NCBI GenBank assembly: GCA_050952065.1
Contig: JBMNKF010000002.1
Coordinates: 230,971 to 294,970 of the forward strand
Length of the DNA stretch: 64,000 nt
From: Bacillota bacterium
GTDB taxonomy: Bacteria > Bacillota > Sulfobacillia > Fermentithermobacillales > Fermentithermobacillaceae
Direction: 5' to 3'
Shown piece by piece: positions 22,990 through 33,672 of the stretch. The notes beneath the pieces were generated by a model. It was not told the DNA's origin. It worked only from the letters and a program-made list of their open reading frames with translations, and made no database searches. Positions within the stretch are counted from its first letter, which is position 1. Each line of letters opens with the position of its first letter. A program made the translations under genes and the position numbers.

Positions 22990-23064
22990 GCCAGCGTAGC
23001 TCAATGGTAGAGCAATTGATTTGTAATCAATAGGTTGTGGGTTCGATCCCCTCCGCTGGCTCCA
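22990..23064 (+). tRNA. tRNA-Thr (anticodon UGU)
   Basis: Cloverleaf GCCAGCG...CGCTGGCTCCA. Anticodon loop TTTGTAA. Confidence 0.8.
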
Positions 23065-23209
23065 TTAAGCCCCTCAGACAACCTGCATTACTTAACCAAG
23101 TCATCTGCCGCAACTCCAGAGAAGGCCGCCGAGTGTTTTTCGCCGTTTCGCAAAGGGCAAAGTAGTGAATGAGAGGATCTCACTTTGTACCAGTTAGGGA
23201 GGGCGCCCA

Positions 23210-24550
23210 TTGATTAACAGAGTACTTATGAAACTACTTGACCCTGTTGCCGACGAATCGGTTACTTCCTTGATGACCAAGGAGTACGCTCAGAACCCCC
23301 TGGTTCTTTTGACAGCTTCTCAGAAACTCGGCCTCACAGCGGTGATCGAAGCAGGCATTCGGGCTGAGACAGGGAAGGAGTTGGGTAGACCGTTAGGAAG
23401 TCCTATAGTTCTATCACCATGGCAATCAGTCTTGTTAACGCCCAGACAGCTCTTTGACCTTCCTACAGGATCAGTTGCCGAGATACGAACGCAGACGATC
23501 ATCGGCCCAACCGCAAAGAAGCCCCTCAGACTGGACATACCGATCATGGTGACCGCCATGTCTTACGGGGGGTCGTTGAGTCTAGAGATGAAGGTGGCAC
23601 TGGCGAAAGGTGCCGGCATGGTCGGCACAGCCACAAACACTGGTGAATCCACAGTAACGGAAGAGGAGCGGTCTCTTGCCAAGTACCTGATTGGCCAGTA
23701 CAACCGAGGTGGATGGCTTACGGACCGCCGCCTCTTGAAGAGGGTCGATGCTATAGAGGTCCAGCTGGGTCAGGGTGCGTTTGGCGGAGCAGTTGAATCT
23801 TATATGGCGGCAGCAACTGTAGGAGAACACCTTCGCACTGTGTGGCATCTTGCCGAGGACCAGGGCGCCACGGTCAGGTCAAGGATGCCTGGAGTAAACT
23901 CTCCCCGCGATATTGTTCACCTGGTTAAGGCAATGAAAACTGAACACGATGTCCCCGTGGGGATCAAGATTGCGGGTTCCGATAACATAGAAATGGACCT
24001 TGAAATCGTGGCCGAAGCCTGCGCCGACTTCGTCACCATCGACGGGTCAGAAGGGGGCACTGCAGTGGCACCCCCGACTCTCGAAGATAACTTGGGGCTG
24101 CCTACTTTGTACTCTCTGGTTCGAGCGGTGGATTGGCTAGAAGAACGCGGTCTGAAGCAAAGATGCAGCGTGATCGCTACCGGCGGACTGAGCACGCCTG
24201 GACATTTTCTGAAATGTCTGGCTTTGGGCGCCGACGCTGTGAGCATAGGGTCAATCGCCATCATGGCCGCACTTCACAATCAGATGGGAAAAGTGCTCCC
24301 CGAGGCAACTTCACTTCAGATGGCACTGTATGGTGGGAGCCACGTCGACAAACTCGATGTAGACGAGGCCGCACGGAGCGTGGCCAATTTCCTTAAGTCG
24401 TGCATTGCCGAGATGAAACTAGCCGCCCAAGCGATGGGCAAGCGCGATCTCGCGGAACTAGGTCGCAAAGACCTAGTCACTGTAGACAAAGATCTGGCCG
24501 AATTCATAGGGATACGGTACGCAGGCTCTCGTCCGACCGAGGCTCGCTAA
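23210..24550 (+). CDS. FMN-binding glutamate synthase family protein (GltS FMN/FeS domain-like oxidoreductase)
   Basis: TTG start with RBS agggaggg. VTAMSYGGSLSLEMKVALAKGAGMVGTATNTGES...GIKIAGS...TIDGSEGGTAVAP match the GltB central domain. Confidence 0.7.
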   Translation: MINRVLMKLLDPVADESVTSLMTKEYAQNPLVLLTASQKLGLTAVIEAGIRAETGKELGRPLGSPIVLSPWQSVLLTPRQLFDLPTGSVAEIRTQTIIGPTAKKPLRLDIPIMVTAMSYGGSLSLEMKVALAKGAGMVGTATNTGESTVTEEERSLAKYLIGQYNRGGWLTDRRLLKRVDAIEVQLGQGAFGGAVESYMAAATVGEHLRTVWHLAEDQGATVRSRMPGVNSPRDIVHLVKAMKTEHDVPVGIKIAGSDNIEMDLEIVAEACADFVTIDGSEGGTAVAPPTLEDNLGLPTLYSLVRAVDWLEERGLKQRCSVIATGGLSTPGHFLKCLALGADAVSIGSIAIMAALHNQMGKVLPEATSLQMALYGGSHVDKLDVDEAARSVANFLKSCIAEMKLAAQAMGKRDLAELGRKDLVTVDKDLAEFIGIRYAGSRPTEAR

Positions 24551-24802
24551 GGTTGTTCTACCTTGGGTTTGTCAATATGTCCAACGCGCATTCCCTATCC
24601 AAAAGATGTCAACGGCCAGTAGGCAGTGTTGATGAATCTGCATACATAGTCTAGGCATTGGCGGAGAAGAATTGATGCTGGAGCGAGTCCAGAGGGGCTC
24701 GCTCCTCTCACATTTAGGTCATGAGTGTCTTGGTCAGTCACATAAGACGGGGTGCCTCCGGGTGACGACTTCTCAAGGCAGTCACACCCATTTTTTAGGT
24801 GA

Positions 24803-24831
24803 TTGCATTACCCCTGGTGAGCAGGTATAAT
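24803..24831 (+). promoter_or_regulatory. Strong sigma-A promoter for the tRNA-Tyr/fMet/Thr-tuf cluster
   Basis: TTGCAT-17-TATAAT, near consensus. Confidence 0.5.
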
Positions 24832-24912
24832 AAACTCTGTCGCCGGCGACCATCGCCATCAGAAAAGTGGTTGCGCGGCGAGGCCCAAGATAGTAAGATG
24901 ACAAGTACATGT

Positions 24913-24998
24913 GGAGAGGTACCCAAGTGGCCAAAGGGGACAGACTGTAAATCTGCTGGCTGACGCCTTCGCTGGTTCGAATCCAGCCCTCTCCACCA
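24913..24998 (+). tRNA. tRNA-Tyr (anticodon GUA), long variable arm
   Basis: GGAGAGGTACCCAAGTGG...anticodon loop CTGTAAA...CCTCTCCACCA. 86 nt. Confidence 0.85.
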
Positions 24999-25022
24999 GG
25001 CGTTTTGAAAGTCCAATAGCGT

Positions 25023-25099
<77 letters not shown>

Positions 25100-25115
25100 T
25101 CGATTGTTTTGTGGT

Positions 25116-25191
25116 GCTCACATAGCTCAGTCGGCAGAGCGCATCCTTGGTAAGGATGAGGTCATCGGTTCGATTCCGATTGTGAGCTCCA
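25116..25191 (+). tRNA. tRNA-Thr (anticodon GGU)
   Basis: GCTCACATAGCTCAGTCGG...CATCC-TTGGTAA-GGATG...TGTGAGCTCCA. Confidence 0.8.
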
Positions 25192-25354
25192 TTTTCATTT
25201 CGTTCGTTGGCTCCCCATGAAGTATTGCATCATAAGGAAAATCCTGATAGAAGAAAATGTAGAACGAAGCCTTGTCTAGTCAAGGCGAGACCGTGATGAA
25301 CTGGCATGCGTGCAAGAATAGTGGCCATTCGAAGGAAAGCGAGGAGAATAACAC

Positions 25355-26557
25355 GTGGCCAAGAAGAAGTTCGAACGGACGAAACCCCACGTTAACGTCG
25401 GCACAATAGGACATATTGACCACGGGAAGACGACGCTGACCGCGGCAATAACTAAGGTATTGGCTGCGAGAGGTGGGGCGGAATTCACTCCATTCGACAA
25501 GATTGACAAGGCTCCTGAGGAGAAAGCAAGGGGCATCACCATTTCGGCTTCACACGTTGAGTATGAGACGGAAAACAGGCACTACGCTCACGTCGACTGC
25601 CCGGGACACGCAGACTACATCAAGAACATGATCACAGGCGCGGCTCAGATGGACGGAGCCATTCTTGTGGTATCTGCGGCGGACGGGACTATGCCGCAGA
25701 CGAGAGAGCACGTTCTATTGGCCAGGCAGGTTGGAGTTCCGGCGATGGTAGTGTTTCTCAACAAGGTTGACTTGGTGGACGACGAAGAGCTGCTGGAGAT
25801 CAGCGAGCTTGAGGTAAGGGATCTTCTTTCCAAGTACAGTTTTCCGGGAGACGATGTACCGATGGTGAGGGGCTCCGCGCTCAAGGCTCTGGAGTGCGGT
25901 TGCGGCGATCCTGAATGCCCGTGGTGCGGCGGTATTCTCAAACTCATGGATGCGGTGGACAATTATATACCCACTCCTGAAAGGGCAATCGATAAGCCGT
26001 TTCTTCTGTCGGTGGAAGACGTGTTCACAATTACGGGTCGCGGCACTGTTGCTACGGGAAGGATCGAGCGAGGAGTCGTCAAGGTTGGCGACACGGTGGA
26101 GATTGTTGGATTGTCGGACCGAGCGAGGTCAACGGTCGTGACAGGAGTGGAGATGTTCAGGAAGATACTCGACCGAGGCGAGGCAGGAGACAACGTAGGG
26201 TGCTTGCTTCGAGGGATAGCGAAGAACGAAATCGAGCGAGGGCAGGTATTGGCGAAACCTGGCAGCATCAAGCCGTACACCAAGTTTGAGGCTCAGATTT
26301 ACGTTCTATCGAAAGAAGAGGGAGGGCGTCACACGGCGTTCTTCACAGGATACAGGCCTCAGTTCTATTTCAGGACCACCGATGTTACGGGCACTGTGAT
26401 TCTGCCTGAAGGGGTGGAGATGGTAATGCCCGGGGACAACGTGAAGATAAGGGGCGAACTGATACAGCCCATCGCCATGGAAGAGGGACTAAGGTTCGCT
26501 ATTCGCGAAGGCGGACGGACTGTGGCCTCAGGAGTGATAACCAAGATCTTGGAGTAA
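25355..26557 (+). CDS. tuf: Elongation factor Tu (copy 1, tufB-like context after a tRNA cluster)
   Basis: GTG start. [33 protein letters not shown]. 400 aa, ending ...VITKILE. Confidence 0.95.
   Translation: MAKKKFERTKPHVNVGTIGHIDHGKTTLTAAITKVLAARGGAEFTPFDKIDKAPEEKARGITISASHVEYETENRHYAHVDCPGHADYIKNMITGAAQMDGAILVVSAADGTMPQTREHVLLARQVGVPAMVVFLNKVDLVDDEELLEISELEVRDLLSKYSFPGDDVPMVRGSALKALECGCGDPECPWCGGILKLMDAVDNYIPTPERAIDKPFLLSVEDVFTITGRGTVATGRIERGVVKVGDTVEIVGLSDRARSTVVTGVEMFRKILDRGEAGDNVGCLLRGIAKNEIERGQVLAKPGSIKPYTKFEAQIYVLSKEEGGRHTAFFTGYRPQFYFRTTDVTGTVILPEGVEMVMPGDNVKIRGELIQPIAMEEGLRFAIREGGRTVASGVITKILE
25356..26548 (+). repeat. Direct repeat copy A (identical to 50389-51581): tuf coding tract
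   Basis: Internal spurious ORFs (25645-25962, 25963-26283, 25950-26141) are identical in translation to those at +25,033 nt. Spot-checked DNA is identical. Confidence 0.8.
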
Positions 26558-26586
26558 CCGGACTCCCGGGCGCCAAGTACACTTGA

Positions 26587-26616
26587 TTGACACAGGATAA
26601 AGGGCTGTGCTACACT
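26587..26616 (+). promoter_or_regulatory. Putative promoter for rpmG-secE-nusG
   Basis: TTGACA-18-TACACT between tuf and rpmG. Confidence 0.45.
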
Positions 26617-26653
26617 CGGTTAGTGATTTTCCGGAGTGGGAGGCGAACTAGGC

Positions 26654-26815
26654 GTGGCAAAAGGCCCAACTGAGACAATTACGCTTGCTTGCGAGCAATG
26701 CAAGCAACGCAACTATACAACTAGCAAGAACAAGAAGTCCCATTCCGGACGACTTGAGTTGAAGAAGTATTGCAGGTTCTGTCGCACTCACACGGTTCAT
26801 AGGGAAACCAGGTAA
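26654..26815 (+). CDS. rpmG: 50S ribosomal protein L33 (zinc-ribbon C+ form)
   Basis: Not in the ORF track (53 aa). GTG start. [53 protein letters not shown]. Confidence 0.8.
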   Translation: MAKGPTETITLACEQCKQRNYTTSKNKKSHSGRLELKKYCRFCRTHTVHRETR

Positions 26816-26855
26816 CCAGACTACGTATGAGTAGTGCAGAAGGGATGGGTAACGC

Positions 26856-26932
26856 AGGCCCGTAGCTCCAATAGGTAGAGCGGCGGACTCCAAATCCGAT
26901 GGATGGGGGTTCAAATCCCTCCGGGCCTGCCA
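26856..26932 (+). tRNA. tRNA-Trp (anticodon CCA)
   Basis: AGGCCCGTAGCTCCAATAGG...ACTCCAAATC...CGGGCCTGCCA. Confidence 0.8.
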
Positions 26933-26962
26933 CTAATCTCTACAATTAGGTGAGAAACGACT

Positions 26963-27178
26963 ATGAAAATCCTCAAATGGATACGACGGGTAGGGAAAAG
27001 CCTTTCGAACTTGCTTCGAGAGACTCGTGCCGAACTCAAGAAAGTCATCTGGCCCTCATTTGGTCAGGTACGGGTTTTTGCCCTGATTACTTTGGCCATG
27101 ATTGCCGGGGTAGGCGCCGTATTGTGGGGAACAGACGTCGTGATGTCCCTCCTGGTTGGACTGGTACTCAAAAGATAA
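26963..27178 (+). CDS. secE: Preprotein translocase subunit SecE
   Basis: 71 aa with a single C-terminal TM. Conserved position before nusG. Confidence 0.85.
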   Translation: MKILKWIRRVGKSLSNLLRETRAELKKVIWPSFGQVRVFALITLAMIAGVGAVLWGTDVVMSLLVGLVLKR

Positions 27179-27237
27179 GGTAAGAAGTAAGGAGAGAGGA
27201 ACCGGGACCCGGGAGAAATATAGGGGGTCCTTATTTC

Positions 27238-27792
27238 ATGAGCACACGGGCAGAATCCCTAGAATCACAAGCCCAATGGTTCGTCGTTCACACATACTCA
27301 GGTTACGAGAACAAGGTCAAAGCCAACCTGGAGAAGCGTGTGGACAACATGAACATGAAAGAAAAGATATTCAAGGTCATTGTACCTGAGGAAGAGGAAG
27401 TCGAGTATAAGGACGGAAAGAAGAAGATTGTCAGGAGGAAAGTGTTTCCGGGCTATGTCGTGGTGAACATGATCCTCAGCGACGACTCCTGGTATGTAGT
27501 TCGCAATACTCCTGGCGTAACCGGCTTCGTCGGACCTGGGTCAAGACCAATACCTTTAGAAAAGGAAGAGATTGAGAGCATCCTGAAACGCGCAAGCGGT
27601 GAAGGACAACCCAGAGTTAGGGTGCATTTTGTTCCTGGGCAGACTCTGCGGGTAAAATCCGGTCCCTTCCAAGGAATGATGGGTCTTGTGCAGGATGTGA
27701 TGATCGATAGGGGTAAGCTCCGAATGCTGCTTTCGATCTTTGGTCGCGAGACTCCTGTGGAGCTCGATTTCAACCAGGTAGAGGAAGTGTGA
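27238..27792 (+). CDS. nusG: Transcription termination/antitermination factor NusG
   Basis: [17 protein letters not shown] domain plus a C-terminal KOW. Confidence 0.9.
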   Translation: MSTRAESLESQAQWFVVHTYSGYENKVKANLEKRVDNMNMKEKIFKVIVPEEEEVEYKDGKKKIVRRKVFPGYVVVNMILSDDSWYVVRNTPGVTGFVGPGSRPIPLEKEEIESILKRASGEGQPRVRVHFVPGQTLRVKSGPFQGMMGLVQDVMIDRGKLRMLLSIFGRETPVELDFNQVEEV

Positions 27793-27802
27793 GCGAGACG
27801 CC

Positions 27803-28228
27803 ATGGCAAAAAAGGTTAAGGCTGTAGTCAAATTCAGACTTGAGGGCGGAAAGGCAACACCGGCACCCCCGGTTGGTCCTGCACTTGCTCCCCATCAAGT
27901 CAACATGCCCTTGTTTGTGAGACAGTTCAACGATCGGACATCGAATCTCGTGGGAACCATGGTCCCGGTCGTGGTAACTATTTACGAAGACCGCAGTTTC
28001 GCCTTCGTGACCAGGACATCTCCGGCCTCCTATCTGCTCAAGAAGGCCGCCGGTATTGAGCTGGCTTCAGGGGAGCCCAATAAGAAGAAGGTCGGCAAAG
28101 TCACACGTGACCAGATCAAAGAGATCGCTGAAACCAAGATGAAAGACCTGAACGCAAGTTCAATCGAATCTGCCATGCGGATGATCGAAGGCACAGCGCG
28201 AAGCATGGGGATCGAGGTAGTGGGTTAA
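27803..28228 (+). CDS. rplK: 50S ribosomal protein L11
   Basis: [29 protein letters not shown]... Confidence 0.95.
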   Translation: MAKKVKAVVKFRLEGGKATPAPPVGPALAPHQVNMPLFVRQFNDRTSNLVGTMVPVVVTIYEDRSFAFVTRTSPASYLLKKAAGIELASGEPNKKKVGKVTRDQIKEIAETKMKDLNASSIESAMRMIEGTARSMGIEVVG

Positions 28229-28320
28229 GGCTAATTAGAGCGGTTCAGGTTTCTGAGAGTCTTTGAGACAAGTGGGAGGGCTTGCGCAATTCGCTCGCTC
28301 GCTAATACCACAAGGAGGTT

Positions 28321-29031
28321 ATGAAGTTGCCCAAGAAAGGCAAGAAGTACGCCGAAGTCGTTAAAGAGATCGAAGTCGGAAAAGCCTATGAACCTCGAGA
28401 AGCGCTCGACCTTCTGTGCAAGCTCTCATCCGCGAAGTTCGACGAGACAGTGGAAGTAGCTGTCAGATTAGGAGTTGACCCTCGCCACGCCGACCAGATG
28501 GTTCGCGGTGCGGTCGTCCTTCCTAACGGTACCGGGCAGGAAGCAAAAGTCTTGGTGTTCGCCAGAGGCGATAAAGCTAAGGAAGCCAAGGATGCTGGGG
28601 CCGATTTTGTGGGTGCAGAAGACCTTGCCGAGAGGATCCAAGGTGGATGGCTTGGGTTTGACAGGGCCGTGGCTACGCCCGATATGATGAGCATTGTGGG
28701 ACGACTCGGACGCATCCTAGGACCTAGAGGGCTCATGCCCAACCCCAGGACAGGTACTGTCACCAACGACATTGTCAATGCGGTTAGAGAGATCAAGCAA
28801 GGCAAGGTGGAGTACCGCACAGAAAGGAACGGCTTGGTCCATGCGCGCTTGGGGAAGGTGTCTTTTGGCGGCGAAAAGTTGGAAGAGAATTTCTATGCTT
28901 TCATGGATGCCATCCTGAAAGCCAAGCCCGCTGCCGCTAGGGGGCAGTACGTGAGGGGCGTCACGCTTTCGACTACTATGGGGCCCGGAATACCTTTGAA
29001 CGTAGCCAGAGTAACCAGGCCCGGAGCATAG
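28321..29031 (+). CDS. rplA: 50S ribosomal protein L1
   Basis: [21 protein letters not shown]...[20 protein letters not shown]. Confidence 0.95.
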   Translation: MKLPKKGKKYAEVVKEIEVGKAYEPREALDLLCKLSSAKFDETVEVAVRLGVDPRHADQMVRGAVVLPNGTGQEAKVLVFARGDKAKEAKDAGADFVGAEDLAERIQGGWLGFDRAVATPDMMSIVGRLGRILGPRGLMPNPRTGTVTNDIVNAVREIKQGKVEYRTERNGLVHARLGKVSFGGEKLEENFYAFMDAILKAKPAAARGQYVRGVTLSTTMGPGIPLNVARVTRPGA

Positions 29032-29233
29032 CAGTAAGACAAAAACAAAATACGGGTCTTTTCTGACCGCAGACAGCAGGTGTCGGAAGACGTAAAGGTT
29101 CCGTGCTCGGAGAGCCGGAACCGCCCGCCGAGGTTAGGCCCATTACAGGTTAGTTATGACGCAATGGGGCCCTGCTTCGCGGGGCCCTTTCCTATTATCA
29201 TGAGTCAGCCAGGACCCAATAAAGGGGGGGACA
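29032..29233 (+). promoter_or_regulatory. rplJ (L10) leader, a probable L10(L12)4 autoregulatory/attenuator region
   Basis: A 200-nt structured leader between rplA and rplJ, containing ggggccctgcttcgcggggcccttt (hairpin plus U-tract). The position matches the known L10 leader. Confidence 0.4.
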
Positions 29234-29773
29234 ATGTTGGAGAGTAAGCAGAGATTGGAGAAGGCCAAGGTACAGGCGTCTTTGAAGAACAAAATGACCG
29301 AGGCCAAGAGCGTGGTGTTTGTTGGCTTCAAAGGTTTGTCGGTACTGGATGACACCAGGCTCCGGAGAATGTGCCGTGAGGCCGGAGTGGAGTACAAGGT
29401 GATCAAGAACACCATTGCCAGACGGGCAGTGGATGAACTAGGGTGGCAAGGGCTGGATGACGTGTTTCAAGGCACTACTGCCATGGCCGCGTCGTCCGAG
29501 GATCCCGTGGCTCCCGCAAGGGTGATCAACACGTTTGCTCGGGAAGTCCCGGCACTGACCCTAAAAGGCGGCGTCTTGGAAGGCGAGTTCATGGACGCAA
29601 ATAGAGTCGCCTATTTGGCTACTTTGCCATCCAGACAGGAGCTTCTGGCGCGAGTAGCCGGTGGTCTGAAGAGTCCCATAGCAGGGATGGTAAGCGTATT
29701 GGGCGCGACCTTAAGCGGTTTCGCCAGAGCCGTAGATGCCCTAAGAGCAAAAAGGGCCGAAGCGGGTGCGTAG
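29234..29773 (+). CDS. rplJ: 50S ribosomal protein L10
   Basis: VVFVGFKGLSV...EYKVIKNTIARRAV. Confidence 0.9.
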   Translation: MLESKQRLEKAKVQASLKNKMTEAKSVVFVGFKGLSVLDDTRLRRMCREAGVEYKVIKNTIARRAVDELGWQGLDDVFQGTTAMAASSEDPVAPARVINTFAREVPALTLKGGVLEGEFMDANRVAYLATLPSRQELLARVAGGLKSPIAGMVSVLGATLSGFARAVDALRAKRAEAGA

Positions 29774-29827
29774 GTGCAAGTTTGGTCCGAATCCTAAATC
29801 CCAACCCGAAATTGGAGGTTATCAAGA

Positions 29828-30208
29828 GTGTCTAAGATCGATGAAGTTCTTGAACTGGTCAAAGGCATGACCGTCGTCGAACTGGCAGAACTCGTCAAGA
29901 AGTTTGAAGACGAGTTTGGCGTTTCGGCGGCTGCGCCGGTTGTGGCCGCTGCTCCTGCCACTGCCGCCGAAGCTCAGAAGGCTCCCGAGGAAGAGAAGAC
30001 TGAGTTTGACGTGATCTTAACTGGAGCCGGGGCCAACAGAGTTGCAGTTATCAAGACCGTCCGTGAGCTTACCGGACTTGGGCTGAAAGAAGCCAAGGAA
30101 ATGGTCGAGGCTGCGCCAAAGGCTATCAAGGAGAGGGTCTCCAAGGAAGAGGCCACCAAGGCAAAGGAAGCTCTCGAGAAGGCTGGGGCTTCGGTCGAGG
30201 TTAAGTAG
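29828..30208 (+). CDS. rplL: 50S ribosomal protein L7/L12
   Basis: GTG start with RBS ggagg. [32 protein letters not shown]...[16 protein letters not shown]. Confidence 0.95.
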   Translation: MSKIDEVLELVKGMTVVELAELVKKFEDEFGVSAAAPVVAAAPATAAEAQKAPEEEKTEFDVILTGAGANRVAVIKTVRELTGLGLKEAKEMVEAAPKAIKERVSKEEATKAKEALEKAGASVEVK

Positions 30209-30416
30209 CAATATGGGGTCCGCTCCCGGTTCCCTCCAGCATTTGGGCCCGGGGCGGGCCTTTGCTTCTGCGGTTTGCGCCACCTGAGAGCCCCCGAGCA
30301 TATACTGGGGATGCTGTTGGGCTAACTCCCGATGGGTCTATTTTGTAACCACCGCCGGCTCCATAGGGTGGGCAGCCTGGTGAAAAGATGAGTGTTGGTT
30401 AGGGGGGCTAACTGAT

Positions 30417-31439
30417 TTGCCTAAAGTGGCAATAGTAGGAGCAGGAGGGCTTGTAGGCTCTAAGCTGGTTGCGTGCTTTGAAGCATCCGATATTCCCGAA
30501 CTCGACCTCGTGCTCACTGGCAAGGAGAAGTCTGTCGGAACTCAAGTACCGTTTCGAGGCAAATCGTTGCGGGTGGAGACAAACTCAATAGAAAGGCTTC
30601 GCGCCGTAGACATTGTGGTGCTGTGTACTCCCACGACAGTATCTGGGGAACTGGTTGAGACGCTTAGAGGCGGCCCCATCGTAGTGGATACATCAAGCTT
30701 CTACCGAATGGACGAAGAAGTACCTTTGGTAGTGCCCGAGGTCAATCCCCATGCTCTCGAAGGCCACAAAGGACTCATAGCCGGACCGAACTGTTCCACC
30801 ATTCAGCTGGTCATGGTTCTAAAACCGCTCCATGACAAGTACGGCCTCAAGAGAGTCCACGTGGCCACCTATCAGTCAGTCTCGGGAGTAGGCTACAGGG
30901 CGGTCCGTCAGTTAGAAGAGGACACCTTCCAAAGACTATGCGCCGGAAAATCGGCGAAGATTCCGAACTCCCAATCACCTCACGGTGAATTCCCTCATGA
31001 GATAGCCTTTAACGTAATCCCGCAGGTAGACTCGTTTTTGCCCGACGGGTACACTAAAGAAGAGATGAAAATGGTACAAGAAACCCGCAAGATATTGGGG
31101 TTACCCGAACTAGCCATTTCGTGCACCTGTGCTAGAGTACCTGTCTTTGTGGGTCACTCGGAAGACTGCCTCGTTGAGACAGAAAACCCCGTAGATCTTG
31201 ATGATGTCCGTACTCTTCTTTCGGAATCTCCTGGAATCGTGGTTATGGACGATTTCCGGAATCAGGAGTACCCCATGCCGTGTATGGTCGAGGGTAGGCA
31301 CGAGGTGTACGTCGGTCGCATTCGCCAAGATCTTTCCCGAGAAGATGGGACGGGGCTTCTATTATGGGTAGTCGCCGATAACCTGCTTCGCGGGGCGGCG
31401 ACCAACGCCTGTAATATAGTGAGACTCTTGCTTCAGTAA
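30417..31439 (+). CDS. asd: Aspartate-semialdehyde dehydrogenase
   Basis: NAD(P) motif VAIVGAGGLVG. Catalytic GPNCSTIQLV. 340 aa. TTG start (alternative GTG at 30426). Confidence 0.85.
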   Translation: MPKVAIVGAGGLVGSKLVACFEASDIPELDLVLTGKEKSVGTQVPFRGKSLRVETNSIERLRAVDIVVLCTPTTVSGELVETLRGGPIVVDTSSFYRMDEEVPLVVPEVNPHALEGHKGLIAGPNCSTIQLVMVLKPLHDKYGLKRVHVATYQSVSGVGYRAVRQLEEDTFQRLCAGKSAKIPNSQSPHGEFPHEIAFNVIPQVDSFLPDGYTKEEMKMVQETRKILGLPELAISCTCARVPVFVGHSEDCLVETENPVDLDDVRTLLSESPGIVVMDDFRNQEYPMPCMVEGRHEVYVGRIRQDLSREDGTGLLLWVVADNLLRGAATNACNIVRLLLQ

Positions 31440-31496
31440 GAAAAACAGGCAAAGATGGGCACCTGATCGCGTCTTTTTGGGTCTAGGGATGGGGAG

Positions 31497-32714
31497 GTGA
31501 AGCCGTTGGTAGTGGTTCTGAAGTTTGGTGGCACGTGTCTCCAGACGCCGGCCAGGAGGGACATGGCCTGCGAGAGAATTCGAGAGACCCTCAATAAAGG
31601 ATACAAAGTGCTGGCTGTGGTCTCGGCCATGGGCCGCACCGGGGAGCCTTACGCCACAGATACGCTGATAGGCATGGCTAAAGGCCTGCACAAAGCAGTG
31701 GCTCCAAGAGAGCTTGACCTACTTGTGTCATGCGGTGAGATCATATCGGCGGTTCTCATGGTCCAGGAACTACAGTCTCGAGGTATTCCCGCGATGGCGC
31801 TTTCCGGGGGGCAAGCAGGGATTATTACGGACACGAACTTTGGTGAAGCCGGGATAACCTCCGTTGATGCTACCCACGTAAGGCGGCACTTGGATGAAGG
31901 AAAGGTCGTTGTGGTGGCGGGTTTCCAGGGCAGGGCTCCGTCCGGGGACATAACCACTTTGGGCAGAGGTGGGAGCGATACAACTGCCGCAGTCTTGGGG
32001 GCCGCCCTAGACGCGGACTACGTCGAGATATATACCGATGTTGAAGGGATAATGACCGCAGACCCCAGAGTAGTCAAGAATGCTAAGACTATACCCCTGG
32101 CGACTTACGATGAAGTCACTCAGATGGCCTGGGAAGGGGCTAAAATAATACATCCGCGGGCGGTGGAAATCGCCCACAGAGCCAAAACTCCAGTATGGGT
32201 TCGCTCTTTGGAGAAGGACAGCAAGAAAACCCTGGTAGCCGGAGGGGAGAAGCAGATCGATCCTTGGCGCTATCGAGAAAACGACAGGCCGGTAACCGGG
32301 ATTACCTACCGGGCGGATCTGGTACAGATCCTAGTGCACCTTCCTCAGGGGCAAGAGATGGAAACCGCGTCTCGAGTCTTCCGTCTTCTTAGGGGCGTGT
32401 CACTTGATCTCATAAACATGTTTCTAGACAGACTCTCGGTAGTAATCCCCTGTGAAGTTGAAGAGGAAACCCTTAGTCTGTTGAAACCATTAGATCTGTC
32501 TCTGGATGTCCGCAGGAAGATGGCCAAGGTAACCGCAGTCGGCTATGGAATGCACGGCAAGCCTGGGGTAATGGAGAAGGTCATATCGGCTTTGTGGGAA
32601 GAGAAGATACCCGTCTATGCGTCAGCCGACTCTAACATCACCTTGTCGTGCCTAATCGATGGCGATTGTCTGTTTAGGGCGGTCAATGCCATACACGATG
32701 CGTTCGGTCTCTAG
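31497..32714 (+). CDS. dapG: Aspartate kinase (DapG-type monofunctional aspartokinase I with two ACT domains)
   Basis: VVLKFGGTCL...KVLAVVSAMGRTGEPYATD...GGSDTTAAVLGAAL. ~405 aa. Start GTG 31497 or TTG 31506. Confidence 0.85.
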   Translation: MKPLVVVLKFGGTCLQTPARRDMACERIRETLNKGYKVLAVVSAMGRTGEPYATDTLIGMAKGLHKAVAPRELDLLVSCGEIISAVLMVQELQSRGIPAMALSGGQAGIITDTNFGEAGITSVDATHVRRHLDEGKVVVVAGFQGRAPSGDITTLGRGGSDTTAAVLGAALDADYVEIYTDVEGIMTADPRVVKNAKTIPLATYDEVTQMAWEGAKIIHPRAVEIAHRAKTPVWVRSLEKDSKKTLVAGGEKQIDPWRYRENDRPVTGITYRADLVQILVHLPQGQEMETASRVFRLLRGVSLDLINMFLDRLSVVIPCEVEEETLSLLKPLDLSLDVRRKMAKVTAVGYGMHGKPGVMEKVISALWEEKIPVYASADSNITLSCLIDGDCLFRAVNAIHDAFGL

Positions 32715-32734
32715 ATAACAAAGAGGAGGTATCT

Positions 32735-33643
32735 TTGGTGAGAGAATCGCCGTGGGGCAGTCTGATCGTTGCCCTTGTCACTCCGTTCAATCAGGACGGC
32801 AGCGTCGACTACGAGAAGGCGGCCAAATTGGCCCAAAAGCTGGTATCCCAAGGCGTAGACGGAGTTTTAGTTTCTGGTACGACGGGTGAGTCTCCTACTC
32901 TGACAAAAGAAGAAAAACTGAGACTCTTGGCAACGGTAAGGGAGTCTTTAAGCCCGGAGACTCTGGTCTGGGCCGGCACTAGCGGGTACAACACAAAGGA
33001 GAGCGTCTCCTTGACGAAGCTCGCCGAGGCCACAGGCGCAGACGGAATACTGGCTGTTACCCCCTACTACAACAAGCCTAGCCAGGAAGGTCTATATGCT
33101 CACATGAGAGCTGTGGCAAGCGAGACCTCGCTCCCGGTTATGCTCTACAACGTGCCGTCTCGGACAGGCGTGAATCTCTTACCTGAGACAGTTCTAAGGC
33201 TGGCCGAAATACAGAATATAGTCGCCATCAAAGAGGCCTCGGGCAACATAGACCAGTCTTCCTACATCCTTGCCAATTGCCCGCAGCGCTTTTATGTCTA
33301 CTCGGGCGATGATAGCCTCACGCTGCCCATTCTTTCAGTTGGCGGGTCAGGCGTGGTTTCCGTAGCGGCCCACTTAGTGGCCCACGATCTCAAGAGTATG
33401 ATATACTCTTTCCATAAGGGCGACATCGAAACGGCCAGAGCGTTACACCTTAGGCTTTATGAACTCTTCAAGGTGTTGTTCATTACCTCCAACCCGGTGC
33501 CCGTAAAGATCGCCCTGGAGATCTGTGGAGTTCCAGTGGGTGGTTTTAGACTTCCCTTGTGCCCGCCCACGGAACGGGAAAGGAACGAAATATCGAGGGT
33601 GCTCTCAGAGCTACGACTAGCGGGTGACCCTGATATACGGTGA
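32735..33643 (+). CDS. dapA: 4-hydroxy-tetrahydrodipicolinate synthase
   Basis: GVLVSGTTGESPTLT...YNVPSRTG...AIKEASG with the active-site Lys. RBS gaggagg. Confidence 0.9.
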   Translation: MVRESPWGSLIVALVTPFNQDGSVDYEKAAKLAQKLVSQGVDGVLVSGTTGESPTLTKEEKLRLLATVRESLSPETLVWAGTSGYNTKESVSLTKLAEATGADGILAVTPYYNKPSQEGLYAHMRAVASETSLPVMLYNVPSRTGVNLLPETVLRLAEIQNIVAIKEASGNIDQSSYILANCPQRFYVYSGDDSLTLPILSVGGSGVVSVAAHLVAHDLKSMIYSFHKGDIETARALHLRLYELFKVLFITSNPVPVKIALEICGVPVGGFRLPLCPPTERERNEISRVLSELRLAGDPDIR

Positions 33644-33672
33644 GCATCTTCCGTCGGTATGCGGAAGTATGA

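Noticed and set aside
30209-30416. Possible lysine riboswitch upstream of asd
   Set aside because: No L-box signature elements recognisable by eye. Only a short GGGCCC hairpin, more consistent with an rplL terminator or attenuator.
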